Shown here one piece after another: positions 8,281 through 18,051 of a stretch of DNA of 64,000 nucleotides (its first letter is position 1; every line of letters starts with the position of its first letter). Origin of the DNA: Candidatus Sumerlaeia bacterium (GTDB taxonomy: Bacteria > Sumerlaeota > Sumerlaeia > SLMS01 > JANRJK01); the NCBI GenBank assembly GCA_033764015.1, contig JANRJK010000036.1:64001-128000 (forward strand). Direction: 5' to 3'. A program made the position numbers and the translations under genes. A model generated the notes under the pieces. It saw only the letters and a list, made by a program, of their open reading frames with translations. It ran no database searches and had not been told where the DNA came from.

Positions 8281-9288
8281 TCACAGGGCGAGGGCGGCCG
8301 CGAGGAATCGGAAGGCGGCCCCCTCGCCCCAGAGGCGCCACCGGCCGGGGGGCGCGGCGGAGACGAAGCCCACGTGCCCGCCTTGGCGGGGGAAGTGCGG
8401 CAGCACCCAGCGGCTGCGCGATTCCGGCGCCCACGGCAGCGAAGCGCCGGGAATCAGCGGGTCGTCCTGCGCGTTCAGCAGCAGCAGCGGGCGCCGCACC
8501 CCGCGCAGCACGCGGAGCGAGCTCGAACGGTGGTAGTAGTCCCACACATCGGCGAAGCCGTGAAGCGGCGCGGTCGCGCGGTCGTCCAGTTCGACGATGG
8601 AGCGCGCGCCGCGGATCGAGTCCGCGTCGAGCAGGTGGGGCAGCTCCGCCGCCTTGGCGAGCGCCTTCGGCACCAGCGATTCGAGAAAGCGCCGTGTGTA
8701 GACGCCCCGGAGCGACCTGTCGAGCGCGGGCCCGCAGGCCGTGAGGTCGATCGGGGCGGAGTAGGCGACCGCGGCGGCGAGCGGCGTGTCGCTGCCGGAC
8801 TCGCCGAGCAGCTTGGCGAGGACGTTGCCTCCCATGGAGACACCGACGGCGACCAGGCGGCGGTCCGGCTCGCGGCGGCGCAGCTCGGCGAGCACCGCCG
8901 CCAAGTCGCCGGTCTCGCCGCTGTGGTACAGGCGCGGGGCGCCCGGCATCGGCGAGCCGCCGCAGCTCCGGAACTCGAGGAGCGTCGCGTGCCATCCGCG
9001 CCGCGCGGCTTGGCGGAGCAGCCCTTTGGCGTAGTGGGACTCGACGCTGCCTTCGAGGCCGTGGAGCAGCACCGCGCGCGGCGCGCCGCGCAGGCCCGCG
9101 AGGTGGTGGAGGCGCACGGTATCGCCGTCCGGCAGCCGCAAGTCCTCGACTCGCAGCGGCGGCGCCGCCACGCGTCGGAAGAGCGCCGGGGCGATGGTCT
9201 GGAGGTGCGGGTTGGCGAGGAGCGGCGCGGGACGGAAGGGCTCGCTCGCGAGGACGGCGCGGAGCGCGCGCCGGAGCGCGGGCGTCAC
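8281..9288 (-). CDS. YheT-family alpha/beta hydrolase
   Basis: NPHLQT, LHGLEGS, FRSCGG, LYHSGETGD, GVSMGGN, DDP, GGHVGF; GTGA overlap start. Confidence 0.9.
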   Translation of the reverse strand: MTPALRRALRAVLASEPFRPAPLLANPHLQTIAPALFRRVAAPPLRVEDLRLPDGDTVRLHHLAGLRGAPRAVLLHGLEGSVESHYAKGLLRQAARRGWHATLLEFRSCGGSPMPGAPRLYHSGETGDLAAVLAELRRREPDRRLVAVGVSMGGNVLAKLLGESGSDTPLAAAVAYSAPIDLTACGPALDRSLRGVYTRRFLESLVPKALAKAAELPHLLDADSIRGARSIVELDDRATAPLHGFADVWDYYHRSSSLRVLRGVRRPLLLLNAQDDPLIPGASLPWAPESRSRWVLPHFPRQGGHVGFVSAAPPGRWRLWGEGAAFRFLAAALAL

Positions 9289-9881
9289 GCCCCCGGGGAC
9301 TGCCAGCCGGCGCTGTCGTACTCCATGTAGCGGGCCGTGCGCGACGCCTGCTCCGCGCCATGGAGGCGCGCCAGCACGTGGAGGCTCGCGTCGATCCCCG
9401 CCGAGACTCCGGCGGAGCAGACGATCCGTCCGTTGTCGACGATCCGGGACGAGCGGACCTCGCAGCGGGGCGCGAAGGCGCGCAGCTCCGCCGCGGTGCT
9501 GTGGTGCGTCGCGGCGGCGAGGCCGTCGAGCAAACCGGCGGAAGCGAGCAGGAATGAACCGCTGCACACGGAGAGCGTCACTTCCGCTTTCGCGGACTTC
9601 GCCCGGATGTACTGGATCAATTGCTCGTTCTTCGTCTGGATCTTCCGCCCCGCGCCGCCGGGCACCACGAGCACCTGCGGCTCGCAGTAGTTCGCGAAGC
9701 TGATCGAGGGCAGGATCGTGAGGCCGCCGGAGCAAACGATGGGGCGCTCCGCCTCCGCCACGGTGACCACGCGGAAGAGAGCGCGCTCCTGCGTGTCCAA
9801 CGCGGAGGCGAACACTTGGAACGGGCCGCAGGCGTCGAGCACTTCCACGTTGTCGTACAGCAGGATGGCGACGGTCTTCAC
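9285..9881 (-). CDS. DJ-1/PfpI family protein
   Basis: VEVLDACGP, VVPGG, SVCSG, ATHH, SAGVSAGID. Confidence 0.9.
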   Translation of the reverse strand: MKTVAILLYDNVEVLDACGPFQVFASALDTQERALFRVVTVAEAERPIVCSGGLTILPSISFANYCEPQVLVVPGGAGRKIQTKNEQLIQYIRAKSAKAEVTLSVCSGSFLLASAGLLDGLAAATHHSTAAELRAFAPRCEVRSSRIVDNGRIVCSAGVSAGIDASLHVLARLHGAEQASRTARYMEYDSAGWQSPGA

Positions 9882-11326
9882 AGGTTCGGAACTCCGGGTT
9901 CTGGCGGTCTGCGCTGAAACCATGGGAGTGCTTCCTCCAGCTCCGCGGCAAGCCGAAGCAAAGTGCCCTCCGATCCGTAGTGGCCCATCGCGTGGACACC
10001 CACCGGCAGCCCCTCCGCGCTCCAATGGGTCGGAGCGGAGAACGCGGGCAGTCCCGCGAAGTTCGCCACCTGCGTGAAGGGGGTGAAGTGGAAGCCCTTC
10101 AGCAGCGCGTCCTTCGTCGGCGCCGCTGGATCGGGCAGGAAGGCGCCAAGGGGGGGCGGGAGTTGCGCCAGCGTCGGCGTCAGCCACGCGTCGAAGCCCG
10201 CGAGCGAGCGGGCGACGCCCCTCGCGGCGCGCTGCAGCGAGGCGTGCGCGCGCAGCAGCTCGCGCGCGGAGTACCGGTTGCCGAGTTCCGCGAGCACCAG
10301 CGTCAGCGGCTCGAAGAAGGGCTCCGCAGCGGGGACGCCCGCCGCGAAGCAGAGCCCCTCGACCGCCTCCGCGGCGCTGGAAAGCCAGAGGACCGTGAAC
10401 GCCGTGACGACTTCCTCGCCATCCAGCGGCAGGCGGTGCTCGACCACCTCGTGCCCGAGCGATTCGAGCGCCTCCGCGGCGCAGCGGACGGCGGCGGCGC
10501 ACTCCGGATGGACCGGCCCGCCGTAGGGCGACGCGTCCTGCAGCGCGAGGCGCAACGGACGGCGCGTCGCGGCGGCCGCCGCCAGGAAGGAACCTTCCAT
10601 CGCGGGCGCCGCGTACGGGTCTCCCGGGGCGGGCCCCGCCAGCGCGTCCAGCAGCGCCGCGCTGTCGCGTACGGAGCGCGTGATGACGTGCTCGGAGACG
10701 AGGCCCAGCAGCACGTCTCCGCGCGCGGGGCCAAGGCTGGTGCGGCCCCGAGACGGCTTGAGCCCGAAGACGCCGCAGCAGGAGGACGGGATGCGGATGG
10801 AGCCGCCGCCGTCGTTGCCGTGCGCGGCCGGGACCATGCCGCTGGCCACGGCCGCCGCGCTGCCGCCGCTGGAGCCACCCGGCGAACGCGCCGTGTCCCA
10901 CGGATTCCGCGCCGGTCCGTGCAGCAGAGGCTCCGTGGTCGGCACGAGGCCGAACTCCGGCGAGTTGGCGCGTCCGACGACGAGCGCGCCGCTGGCGCGC
11001 AGGCGCGCGGCGAGCTCGCTGTCGTAGCCGCACACGTTGTCCTTCAACAGGCGGCAGCCCGCGGAGTTCCGCGTGCCCGCCATCTCGCCCATCAGGTCCT
11101 TCAGAAGCATGGGCACGCCCGCGAACGGCAGCGAGCGGTCCACGCGGCCGGCCTCGGCGAGCGCCTCCTCCGCACGGCGCCACACGACGGCGTTGAGGGC
11201 GGGGTTGAGCGCTTCGATGCGGCGCAGCGCGGCCGCCACCAGTTCGCGAGGATGGACGTCTCCGCGGCGGACCAGCTCCGCCTGCGCGGTGGCGTCGAGC
11301 CACTGGAGTTCGTCGAGCGGCGCCAT
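9878..11326 (-). CDS. Amidase (amidase-signature family)
   Basis: [33 protein letters not shown]. Confidence 0.95.
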   Translation of the reverse strand: MAPLDELQWLDATAQAELVRRGDVHPRELVAAALRRIEALNPALNAVVWRRAEEALAEAGRVDRSLPFAGVPMLLKDLMGEMAGTRNSAGCRLLKDNVCGYDSELAARLRASGALVVGRANSPEFGLVPTTEPLLHGPARNPWDTARSPGGSSGGSAAAVASGMVPAAHGNDGGGSIRIPSSCCGVFGLKPSRGRTSLGPARGDVLLGLVSEHVITRSVRDSAALLDALAGPAPGDPYAAPAMEGSFLAAAAATRRPLRLALQDASPYGGPVHPECAAAVRCAAEALESLGHEVVEHRLPLDGEEVVTAFTVLWLSSAAEAVEGLCFAAGVPAAEPFFEPLTLVLAELGNRYSARELLRAHASLQRAARGVARSLAGFDAWLTPTLAQLPPPLGAFLPDPAAPTKDALLKGFHFTPFTQVANFAGLPAFSAPTHWSAEGLPVGVHAMGHYGSEGTLLRLAAELEEALPWFQRRPPEPGVPNL

Positions 11327-11329
11327 GCG

Positions 11330-12727
11330 TCAGTCCTCGTCCTCGAACGGTTCGCCTTCGCGGGAGCGGTCGCGGCGCTCCTCCTTCCAACCGATGCGGC
11401 GGCGGCCGCGGGCCTCCTTGAAGCGGGCCTTCTCCCACGGATCCATCTCGTCGGTGTCTCGCATCCACACCTCCGGGGGCGGGGCGAGGTCCGGCGGCAG
11501 CTCGATGCCCGCCTCGTCGGCGCGCTTGCGCGGGGGCGGGGCCCGCTTTTCGGGGGGAAGGGCCTTTAGCAGCTCCGCGCGGCGCGCCGCTTCGCGCGCG
11601 GACCAGGAGCGTTCGGCGTCGAGCCAGGCGGCGGCGTTCTCGGCGCTGGGCAGCGCGAGCAGCCGGCGCGCCTCCGCGAGGGCCTTGACGGACTTCCACC
11701 ACTCTTCCGGGAAGAGCGCGCGCCCGTACCGCGCGGCGAGCAGCCCGGCGAGCAGCGCGCACACCAGCGCCGTCTCGCCGCCGAGGTTCACCGCGGTCTC
11801 GAGCGCGAGCCCGGGCGGGCGCTCGCCGAGCGCGAGGTAGAGTGTCCACGGGACGCACGCCGCGGCAAACCCGTGCATGGGATGCGTCACCGGCGAGTCG
11901 GGACCGAAGTCGCCGATGCCCCCGAGGATCGTGTTGACCGCGAGCGTGTCGTTCCCCTCGCGCAGCAGCGACGCGAGCGGGGCGAGCGCCTCGGCGAAGG
12001 GCCGCGCGGGGGGCTCCCATTCGGCCTCGCGCCAGCCGGCGCCGTACTCGCGGACGAGTTGGCGCTCGTACTCCGCGCAGTCGGAGCGCAGCCGCTCGAG
12101 CAGCGCCGCGCGGTCGAAGCGCGCGCCGTCGGCCTCCGCGAGGAGCAGCTCCGCGCAGCGCGCCACCGCGAAGCCGGCGGCGAGGGGGAGCTGGCGGTGG
12201 TGCGTGAGGCGCATCAGGTCGCGGGTGCGCTCGTCCCCCGCGGGCCACCCCGTCGCGGCCGCAGCCAGCGCCGCGGCAGCGCAGGAGGCGCCCTTGCTGC
12301 CCCGCCTTCCGGTGAGGAAGTCGCCGCGCTCCCACGGATAGTCTTCGCGCCACTGCTTCACCGCGGCGCGCAGCGGCCGTCCGGGCCAGCGCAGGGCGCC
12401 CGGAGTGGCCTCGTCGGGGCCGGCCAGCTCGAGCAGCGCCGACGCAACCCGGGCGACCTCGTCGCGGCCGAGCTCGTCCTGGCCCGCGGTCGCGGCAACC
12501 GCCAGCGCCGTCTGCCCGAGCGCGGAGTGGAGACCCGCCTCGCGGTAGCGGTCCGGCCGGTCCGTCAACAGGTTGCCGTCCGCGAGCGGCCCCGCGACGA
12601 CCCCCGCGAGTTGCTGCACATGCCCCTGCCGGATGCCCGCGAGAGGGTATCCGAGCACGTCGCCGAGCAGCATCGACCCGGTGATCGCGGCGCGCCGGGA
12701 GTCCGCGGGGGGGGTCTCGAACCGCAC
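11330..12727 (-). CDS. ADP-ribosylglycohydrolase-like protein with degenerate catalytic motifs
   Basis: GSMLLGDVLGYP, LTH, AVNLGG..T...GLL.ARYG...P..W fold motifs; start GTG approximate. Confidence 0.65.
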   Translation of the reverse strand: MRFETPPADSRRAAITGSMLLGDVLGYPLAGIRQGHVQQLAGVVAGPLADGNLLTDRPDRYREAGLHSALGQTALAVAATAGQDELGRDEVARVASALLELAGPDEATPGALRWPGRPLRAAVKQWREDYPWERGDFLTGRRGSKGASCAAAALAAAATGWPAGDERTRDLMRLTHHRQLPLAAGFAVARCAELLLAEADGARFDRAALLERLRSDCAEYERQLVREYGAGWREAEWEPPARPFAEALAPLASLLREGNDTLAVNTILGGIGDFGPDSPVTHPMHGFAAACVPWTLYLALGERPPGLALETAVNLGGETALVCALLAGLLAARYGRALFPEEWWKSVKALAEARRLLALPSAENAAAWLDAERSWSAREAARRAELLKALPPEKRAPPPRKRADEAGIELPPDLAPPPEVWMRDTDEMDPWEKARFKEARGRRRIGWKEERRDRSREGEPFEDED

Positions 12728-12732
12728 GGCGA

Positions 12733-13152
12733 TCAGTCCGCGAGCGCGCTGGCGTCGAACGCCCCGGGCAGCAGTTCGGCGACGCGCCACCAGCGCATCG
12801 CGCCATCGCTGCCGAAGCAGAGGACGGGCATGTCGCGGTTGAACTCCGCGAGCACTTGGCGGCATGCGCCGCAAGGCGTGAGCACGTCGGGCTTGGGACC
12901 GAGCACGACGCACGCCACCGGGCGCCCTCCGCCCGCCGCGACCATCGCGCCGATGGCTACGCGCTCCGCGCAATTCGTCAGCCCGTAGCTGGCGTTCTCG
13001 ACATTGCAGCCGCCGAACACCTCGCCGCGTTCCGTCAGCAACGCGGCGCCCACGTGGAAATCCGAGTACGGCGCGTAGGCGCGGGACTGCGCGAGGCGCG
13101 CCTCGCCGAGCAGTCGGTGGATCGTCGCGTCGTCGATCGGTGGCGGGGCCAT
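12733..13152 (-). CDS. cdd: Cytidine deaminase
   Basis: AYAPYSDFHVGAA, GCNVENASYGLTNCAER, PCGACRQVL. Confidence 0.95.
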   Translation of the reverse strand: MAPPPIDDATIHRLLGEARLAQSRAYAPYSDFHVGAALLTERGEVFGGCNVENASYGLTNCAERVAIGAMVAAGGGRPVACVVLGPKPDVLTPCGACRQVLAEFNRDMPVLCFGSDGAMRWWRVAELLPGAFDASALAD

Positions 13153-13246
13153 GGGGTAACCTCCGGGGCGCTGGCGGCGGCTTCGGGGCCGCGCACCCGC
13201 AACCATGACCTCCCCGCGCCAACGCGCAAGCCCGTCCGTCGCGGGC

Positions 13247-13391
13247 GGGAGGGCGGCGGGGCGGTGGGGCGGGCCGGTGGCCCTCCATCGTGATGTGCGC
13301 GTCGAGAGTTCCCGGGGGAACGCCCCGGGAAGGCGACCCACGGAAGAGCCGGAGGACAAACGGCCCGGTCCATCCGCCCCGTGCCCCTCCC
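13247..13391. ncRNA. Candidate rod-shaped structured RNA (6S-like?), strand unresolved
   Basis: Nested stems GGGCCG/CGGCCC, CCTCC/GGAGG, CGTG/CACG, GTCG/CGAC and TTCCCGGGG/CCCCGGGAA in an intergenic gap. Confidence 0.35.
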
Positions 13392-13415
13392 CCCGGGACG
13401 GCGCCGGTGGACCGG

Positions 13416-13456
13416 TTGACACCGCCGGGCGGCGGGCTTAACTTCAACATTGAAGT
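13416..13456 (+). promoter_or_regulatory. Sigma70-type promoter with overlapping palindromic operator
   Basis: TTGACA(13416)-17 nt-TAACTT; ACTTCAA-CA-TTGAAGT inverted repeat at 13441-13456. Confidence 0.65.
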
Positions 13457-13489
13457 GGGCAAAGCGACTCCCTAGGCGCGGGACGGTTC

Positions 13490-13894
13490 ATGGCGACTGC
13501 AGACCGCTGGATCACCTGTGTGGCGATGCTTGTGGCCGTGTGCCTGTCGAGCGGCTGCATCCGCTCGCGTGTGGTGGTGGATTCGGAGCCGCAGGGCGCC
13601 GTCGTCACCATGAACGGCGAGAACCTCGGCACCACTCCTGTGGAGCGACCCTTCACTTGGTACTGGTACTACGACTTCGAAGCGTCGATGGAAGGCCACG
13701 CCAGCGTCACCGAGCGGCGCCGCTTCCGGGCGCCCTTCTACCTGCTGCCGGGTCCGGACCTGTTCTTCGAGCTGCTGCCGTTCAACGTGTACGACACGAA
13801 GCGGGTTTTCCTCACGCTCCCCCCGCTGCCGGAGCAGCCCGGCCCCGCATTCGTCGACGGCGCCGCGCCGCGCGCCGGAGCCTCGGTCCAATGA
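13490..13894 (+). CDS. PEGA-domain lipoprotein
   Basis: Lipobox SSGC; VDSEPQGAVVTMNGENLGTTPV. Confidence 0.8.
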   Translation: MATADRWITCVAMLVAVCLSSGCIRSRVVVDSEPQGAVVTMNGENLGTTPVERPFTWYWYYDFEASMEGHASVTERRRFRAPFYLLPGPDLFFELLPFNVYDTKRVFLTLPPLPEQPGPAFVDGAAPRAGASVQ

Positions 13895-15600
13895 GCGGAA
13901 GCGCCCCGGTCCAACTGATCCCCAAGGCGCCGCAGCCGGGCTTCCCAGACTTCTACGCCATCGGCGACGGATCCACCACCATCGGGCGCCACCCGACCAA
14001 TACGATCGTGCTGCCCTTCGAGTCGATCTCGCGCTTCCACGCCCGCCTCGACAAGCGCGGCGACTACTTCATCGTGCAGGATCTGAACTCCTCCAACGGG
14101 TCCTTCGTCAATAACGAGCGCGTCACCCAGATGACGATCCACCACGGCGACGTGGTGACCTTCGGCAACGTCGAGTTCCTCTTCCAGAACGAAGAGTCGC
14201 AGGGCGGGCTGCACACGAGCGCCTCCTCGATCCGCGGCAAGAACATCGTCGACATCCTGGACGACTCCAGCGACCCGTCGTCGGCGAACCTGAGCCAGTC
14301 GGTGCTGCGCGCGGACGAGGTGCGGAAGGAGAAGAGCTCGGTCATCACGACGTTCGAGGACCGCAAGGCGGACCGGGCGACGCTGGTGCGGCTCAACGCG
14401 CGGCTGCGCGGCCTGTACAAGCTTTCGGAACTGCTCCGCGAAAGCGCGGCGGAGGCGGAGGAGGACGTGCTGCTCCGCGTGCTCGACGTCGTGTTCGAGT
14501 GCATCGTGGCCGACCGCGGCGTGGTCCTGACGCGCTTCGTCCCCGAGGCGACGCAGTTCGACGTGGCCGCCGTGAAGTACCGCGACCTGCCGATCATGCC
14601 GCAGAAGGTGACCGTGTCGCGCACGATCCTCGACCGCGTGGTGTCGCAGAAGGTCGCGGTGCTTTCCCGCGACGCGATGAGCGACGAGCGCTTCGAGGCC
14701 TCCGAGTCGATCATCATGAGCAACGTGCGGTCGACGATCTGCGTGCCGATGATGATGGGCGACAAGGTGATGGGGATCCTGCACCTCGACACGTCCTCCA
14801 CGCAGCGCTCCTTCACGGAGGACGACCTCGAGTTCGCGACGATCATCGCGACGGAGACCGGCGTCGCGCTCGAGAACTCGCGCATGCGCAAGGCCGCGAT
14901 CCACCGCGAGCGCCTCGCGGCGGTGGGCGAGACGGTCGCGGGCATCAGCCACAACGTGAAAAACATCCTGCTTCTCTCGCAGGGCGGCGCGGAGCTGCTC
15001 AGCCGGGGGCTCGAGCGGGGCAGCATCGAGGACTCGCGCGAAGCCTGGGGCGTCGTGAAGCGCGGCATCGACAAGATCGGCGCGCTCGTCCGCGACATGC
15101 TCGAGTACAGCAGCAACAAGGCGCTCGAGTTGAAGGAGGTCGACGTGAACGACCTCATCTGCGCCATCGCCGAGGAGGTCGAACCGGACCTCCTGAAGAA
15201 CAACGTCATGCTCGAACTCGACCTCGACGATGCGATCGGCGTCCGCCAGCTCGACGAGACGGGAATGCACCGGACGATCCTGAACCTGATCGTGAACTCC
15301 ATGGAGGCGATCTCGCACGGCGAGGGCCGCATCCTGATCACGACGGCGCGTATCGACGGCGGCGGGTACCGGATCATGATCCGCGACAATGGCAGCGGCA
15401 TCCCCGCCGACAAGCTGGAGCGCATCTTCTTCCCATTCTTCACCACCAAGGGTTCGAAGGGCACGGGCCTCGGACTCTCCATGTGCAAGAAGTGCGTCGA
15501 GGACCAGGCCGGCAAGCTCACCGTCGAGTCGGAGGAGAACGTCGGCACGGTGTTCTTCATCGAGATGCCGGAGACGGTCCCCGGGGCGGTCGAGGACTAG
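13891..15600 (+). CDS. FHA-GAF-histidine kinase
   Basis: FHA: IGRHP, ISRFHA, DLNSSNGSFVN; GAF: SRTIL..RSTICVP; H-box ISHNVKN; NLIVNS, DNGSG, FFTTK, GTGLGL. Confidence 0.95.
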   Translation: MSGSAPVQLIPKAPQPGFPDFYAIGDGSTTIGRHPTNTIVLPFESISRFHARLDKRGDYFIVQDLNSSNGSFVNNERVTQMTIHHGDVVTFGNVEFLFQNEESQGGLHTSASSIRGKNIVDILDDSSDPSSANLSQSVLRADEVRKEKSSVITTFEDRKADRATLVRLNARLRGLYKLSELLRESAAEAEEDVLLRVLDVVFECIVADRGVVLTRFVPEATQFDVAAVKYRDLPIMPQKVTVSRTILDRVVSQKVAVLSRDAMSDERFEASESIIMSNVRSTICVPMMMGDKVMGILHLDTSSTQRSFTEDDLEFATIIATETGVALENSRMRKAAIHRERLAAVGETVAGISHNVKNILLLSQGGAELLSRGLERGSIEDSREAWGVVKRGIDKIGALVRDMLEYSSNKALELKEVDVNDLICAIAEEVEPDLLKNNVMLELDLDDAIGVRQLDETGMHRTILNLIVNSMEAISHGEGRILITTARIDGGGYRIMIRDNGSGIPADKLERIFFPFFTTKGSKGTGLGLSMCKKCVEDQAGKLTVESEENVGTVFFIEMPETVPGAVED

Positions 15601-15613
15601 CGCCGCGCCGCCG

Positions 15614-17296
15614 ATGCCCCGCCAAGACAAGTTGATCCGCCTGCTGGCGTCCGCGCTCGCGGCGCTCCTGTTGGCCTCCTCCGCGGGCGCGGCGCCCGGG
15701 CGGCCGCCGGCCCAGCCCTTCTCCTTCTTCCCGATTTTCTACGACACCCGGTCGGACGCCGACGGCGAACGGTCCGCGGGCGTCTGGCCCCTTTACTGGC
15801 AGGACCGCACGGAGGATAGCGTCCGGCTCGGTGTGCCGGTGCTGTTCTCGTACTACCGCGACGGCAAGTCGGGCAAATCCGGCGGCGACATCCTGTGGCC
15901 GTTCTTCCGCCACCGCCGCGAGCCGACGCACTACCGTTTCAAGGACTACCGCGGCTGGCACGCGTTCCCGCTGTTCTACAGCGGGTCGGGCACGCGCGAC
16001 GGCGTGCGGCAGAGCGCCACGCTGCTCATCCCCCTCTACTTCTCCGGAACGCAGGGGGAGGACGGGCGATACCTGGTCGTCTTCCCGCTGGTCTGGTACG
16101 GGCGGGGCATCGACATGGCGTTGATTCCGCGCTCGAAGGACGAGCACTTCACCGCCGTGCTGCCGTTCTACGGCCGCTTCGTGGGCGAGAAGAACGACCT
16201 GCGCTGGGTCCTGTGGCCGCTCTACGTGCACAGCGAGAAGAAGAAGGTGGAGTACCCCAGCACGCTCACGTCGATCGGCTGGCCGTTCCTCGCGCTGCGC
16301 GGCGGGCCGGGCGTGTCGGGCTTCCGCGTCTGGCCGTTGCTGTCCTACGCCCAGCGGCGCGAGGTGGACCCCGCCACCGGCGCGGAGGGCGCCGCGATGT
16401 ACCGGCGCGCCTACTTCCTGTGGCCGTTCGGACACTGGCGCGACGGCGTGGTGAAGGAAGGCAAGCCGCAGCGGGAGAAGGTGCGCATGCTCTTCCCGCT
16501 CTTCACCTGGTTCGAGCGCGAGAAGTTCCGCTTCTTCAGCGTCTTCCCCCTGTACGGCAGCGTTCGGCAGGAGGGCCGCAACACTTGGGGCGCGCTGCTG
16601 GCGGCCTACACGCAGGACAGCGACCTGCGCGCCGGCGTCCGCGACCACCGGCTGTTCTGGGTCCTCTTCCGGCGGCGCGTCCCGATCGAGCAGCTCCCGG
16701 ACAGCGCGCCGGAGCTGCGCCGCTCCGCGTCCTACGGCACCGCGGTCTTTCCGTTCTACTGGCGCTTCCGCAGCGAGGAGCGCCGTTCGCTCATCGTCGC
16801 GTGGCCACTCTACCACCAGTACTGGTACGACTACCCGGAGTACGTGTACCGGCGGACGTGGATCCCGCTGCTGCACTCGCGCCGGAGCCGCGAGTACAAG
16901 GACGGCCGCCGCTCCGGCTCGCAGTTCTTCTTCCCCTTCTTCCAGACCGCGTGGCGCGAGACGGGCGAGCGCCGCTCGTCCACGCTCCACCTCTGGATGC
17001 TGCGGAACATCGACGCCGTGGAGCGCAACTATTCGCCGCTCTGGACGTTCTGGGAGCGCGAGGCGGACCCCCGCACCGGCTACAAGCGGATCCGCGTGAT
17101 GCGCGGGCTTTACGACGGCGAGCGGACCGGCGCGGACGACGCGCGGTGGCGCTTCAACCTGCTCCTGTTCGATGTGGGTGGCGGCAAGGTGGACGGAAAG
17201 CCGGCGGGTCGGTTCGGCGTCCTGGGCGGGCTCTACGGACGCAAGGCGGAGCCGGACGGCGGCACGCGCACCCGGCTCTTCTGGATCAAGCTGTAG
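15614..17296 (+). CDS. Secreted aromatic-repeat ([WF]P[LF][FY]) protein, putative outer-membrane beta protein
   Basis: Signal peptide; about 20 xx[WF]Pxx turns; ends TRLFWIKL. Confidence 0.7.
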   Translation: MPRQDKLIRLLASALAALLLASSAGAAPGRPPAQPFSFFPIFYDTRSDADGERSAGVWPLYWQDRTEDSVRLGVPVLFSYYRDGKSGKSGGDILWPFFRHRREPTHYRFKDYRGWHAFPLFYSGSGTRDGVRQSATLLIPLYFSGTQGEDGRYLVVFPLVWYGRGIDMALIPRSKDEHFTAVLPFYGRFVGEKNDLRWVLWPLYVHSEKKKVEYPSTLTSIGWPFLALRGGPGVSGFRVWPLLSYAQRREVDPATGAEGAAMYRRAYFLWPFGHWRDGVVKEGKPQREKVRMLFPLFTWFEREKFRFFSVFPLYGSVRQEGRNTWGALLAAYTQDSDLRAGVRDHRLFWVLFRRRVPIEQLPDSAPELRRSASYGTAVFPFYWRFRSEERRSLIVAWPLYHQYWYDYPEYVYRRTWIPLLHSRRSREYKDGRRSGSQFFFPFFQTAWRETGERRSSTLHLWMLRNIDAVERNYSPLWTFWEREADPRTGYKRIRVMRGLYDGERTGADDARWRFNLLLFDVGGGKVDGKPAGRFGVLGGLYGRKAEPDGGTRTRLFWIKL

Positions 17297-18020
17297 CGGC
17301 GGGCGGGCGCCGCGCGATGGTGCGGTCCCCGACCGCCTCCTCGCGCTCGATGACGCCGTCGCGCAGGTGGATCACTCGCTCCGCGTGGTGCGACACGTCG
17401 GTGTCGTGCGTGACGAGGACGATGGTGTTGCCGGCCTCGTGCAGCTCCTCGAACACCGCCATGATCTCCCTGCCGGTCTTGGAGTCGAGGTTGCCGGTGG
17501 GCTCGTCGGCGAGAAGCAGCGCGGGTCCGTTCACGAGGGCGCGCGCGATGGCGACGCGCTGACGCTGGCCGCCGCTCAGTTCGTTCGGCAAGTGGTGCGC
17601 CCGGTCGCCCAGCCCCACGCGCGCGATGGAGGCGGTCGCGCGCCGGTGCCGTTCCGCCGCGGCCATGCCGGCGTAGACCATCGGAAGCTCGACGTTCTGC
17701 AGCACGTTCATCTGGGGCAGCAGGTGGAAGCTCTGGAAGATGAAGCCGATCTCGCGGTTGCGGGCGTGCGACAGTTCGTCGTCGTCCAGGTTCTCCACCG
17801 GTTGCGACCGCAGCCGGTAGCCGCCCTCGGTGGGGCGGTCGAGGCAACCGATGATGTTCATGAGCGTGGACTTGCCGCTGCCGCTGGGGCCCATGATGGC
17901 GACGTAGTCGTTTTCGCGGATCGTCAGGTCGACACCGTTGAGCGCGTGCACCACGACGTCGCCCATGGTGTAGCGCTTCTTGGCGCCCCGGATTTCGATG
18001 ATCGGCGTGCGTTCCATCAT
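17286..18020 (-). CDS. ABC transporter ATP-binding protein (LolD/MacB-like)
   Basis: [37 protein letters not shown]. Confidence 0.95.
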   Translation of the reverse strand: MMERTPIIEIRGAKKRYTMGDVVVHALNGVDLTIRENDYVAIMGPSGSGKSTLMNIIGCLDRPTEGGYRLRSQPVENLDDDELSHARNREIGFIFQSFHLLPQMNVLQNVELPMVYAGMAAAERHRRATASIARVGLGDRAHHLPNELSGGQRQRVAIARALVNGPALLLADEPTGNLDSKTGREIMAVFEELHEAGNTIVLVTHDTDVSHHAERVIHLRDGVIEREEAVGDRTIARRPPAATA

Positions 18021-18051
18021 GTGTTGGCGGGCTCCTGGCTGGGCTGCCGCG

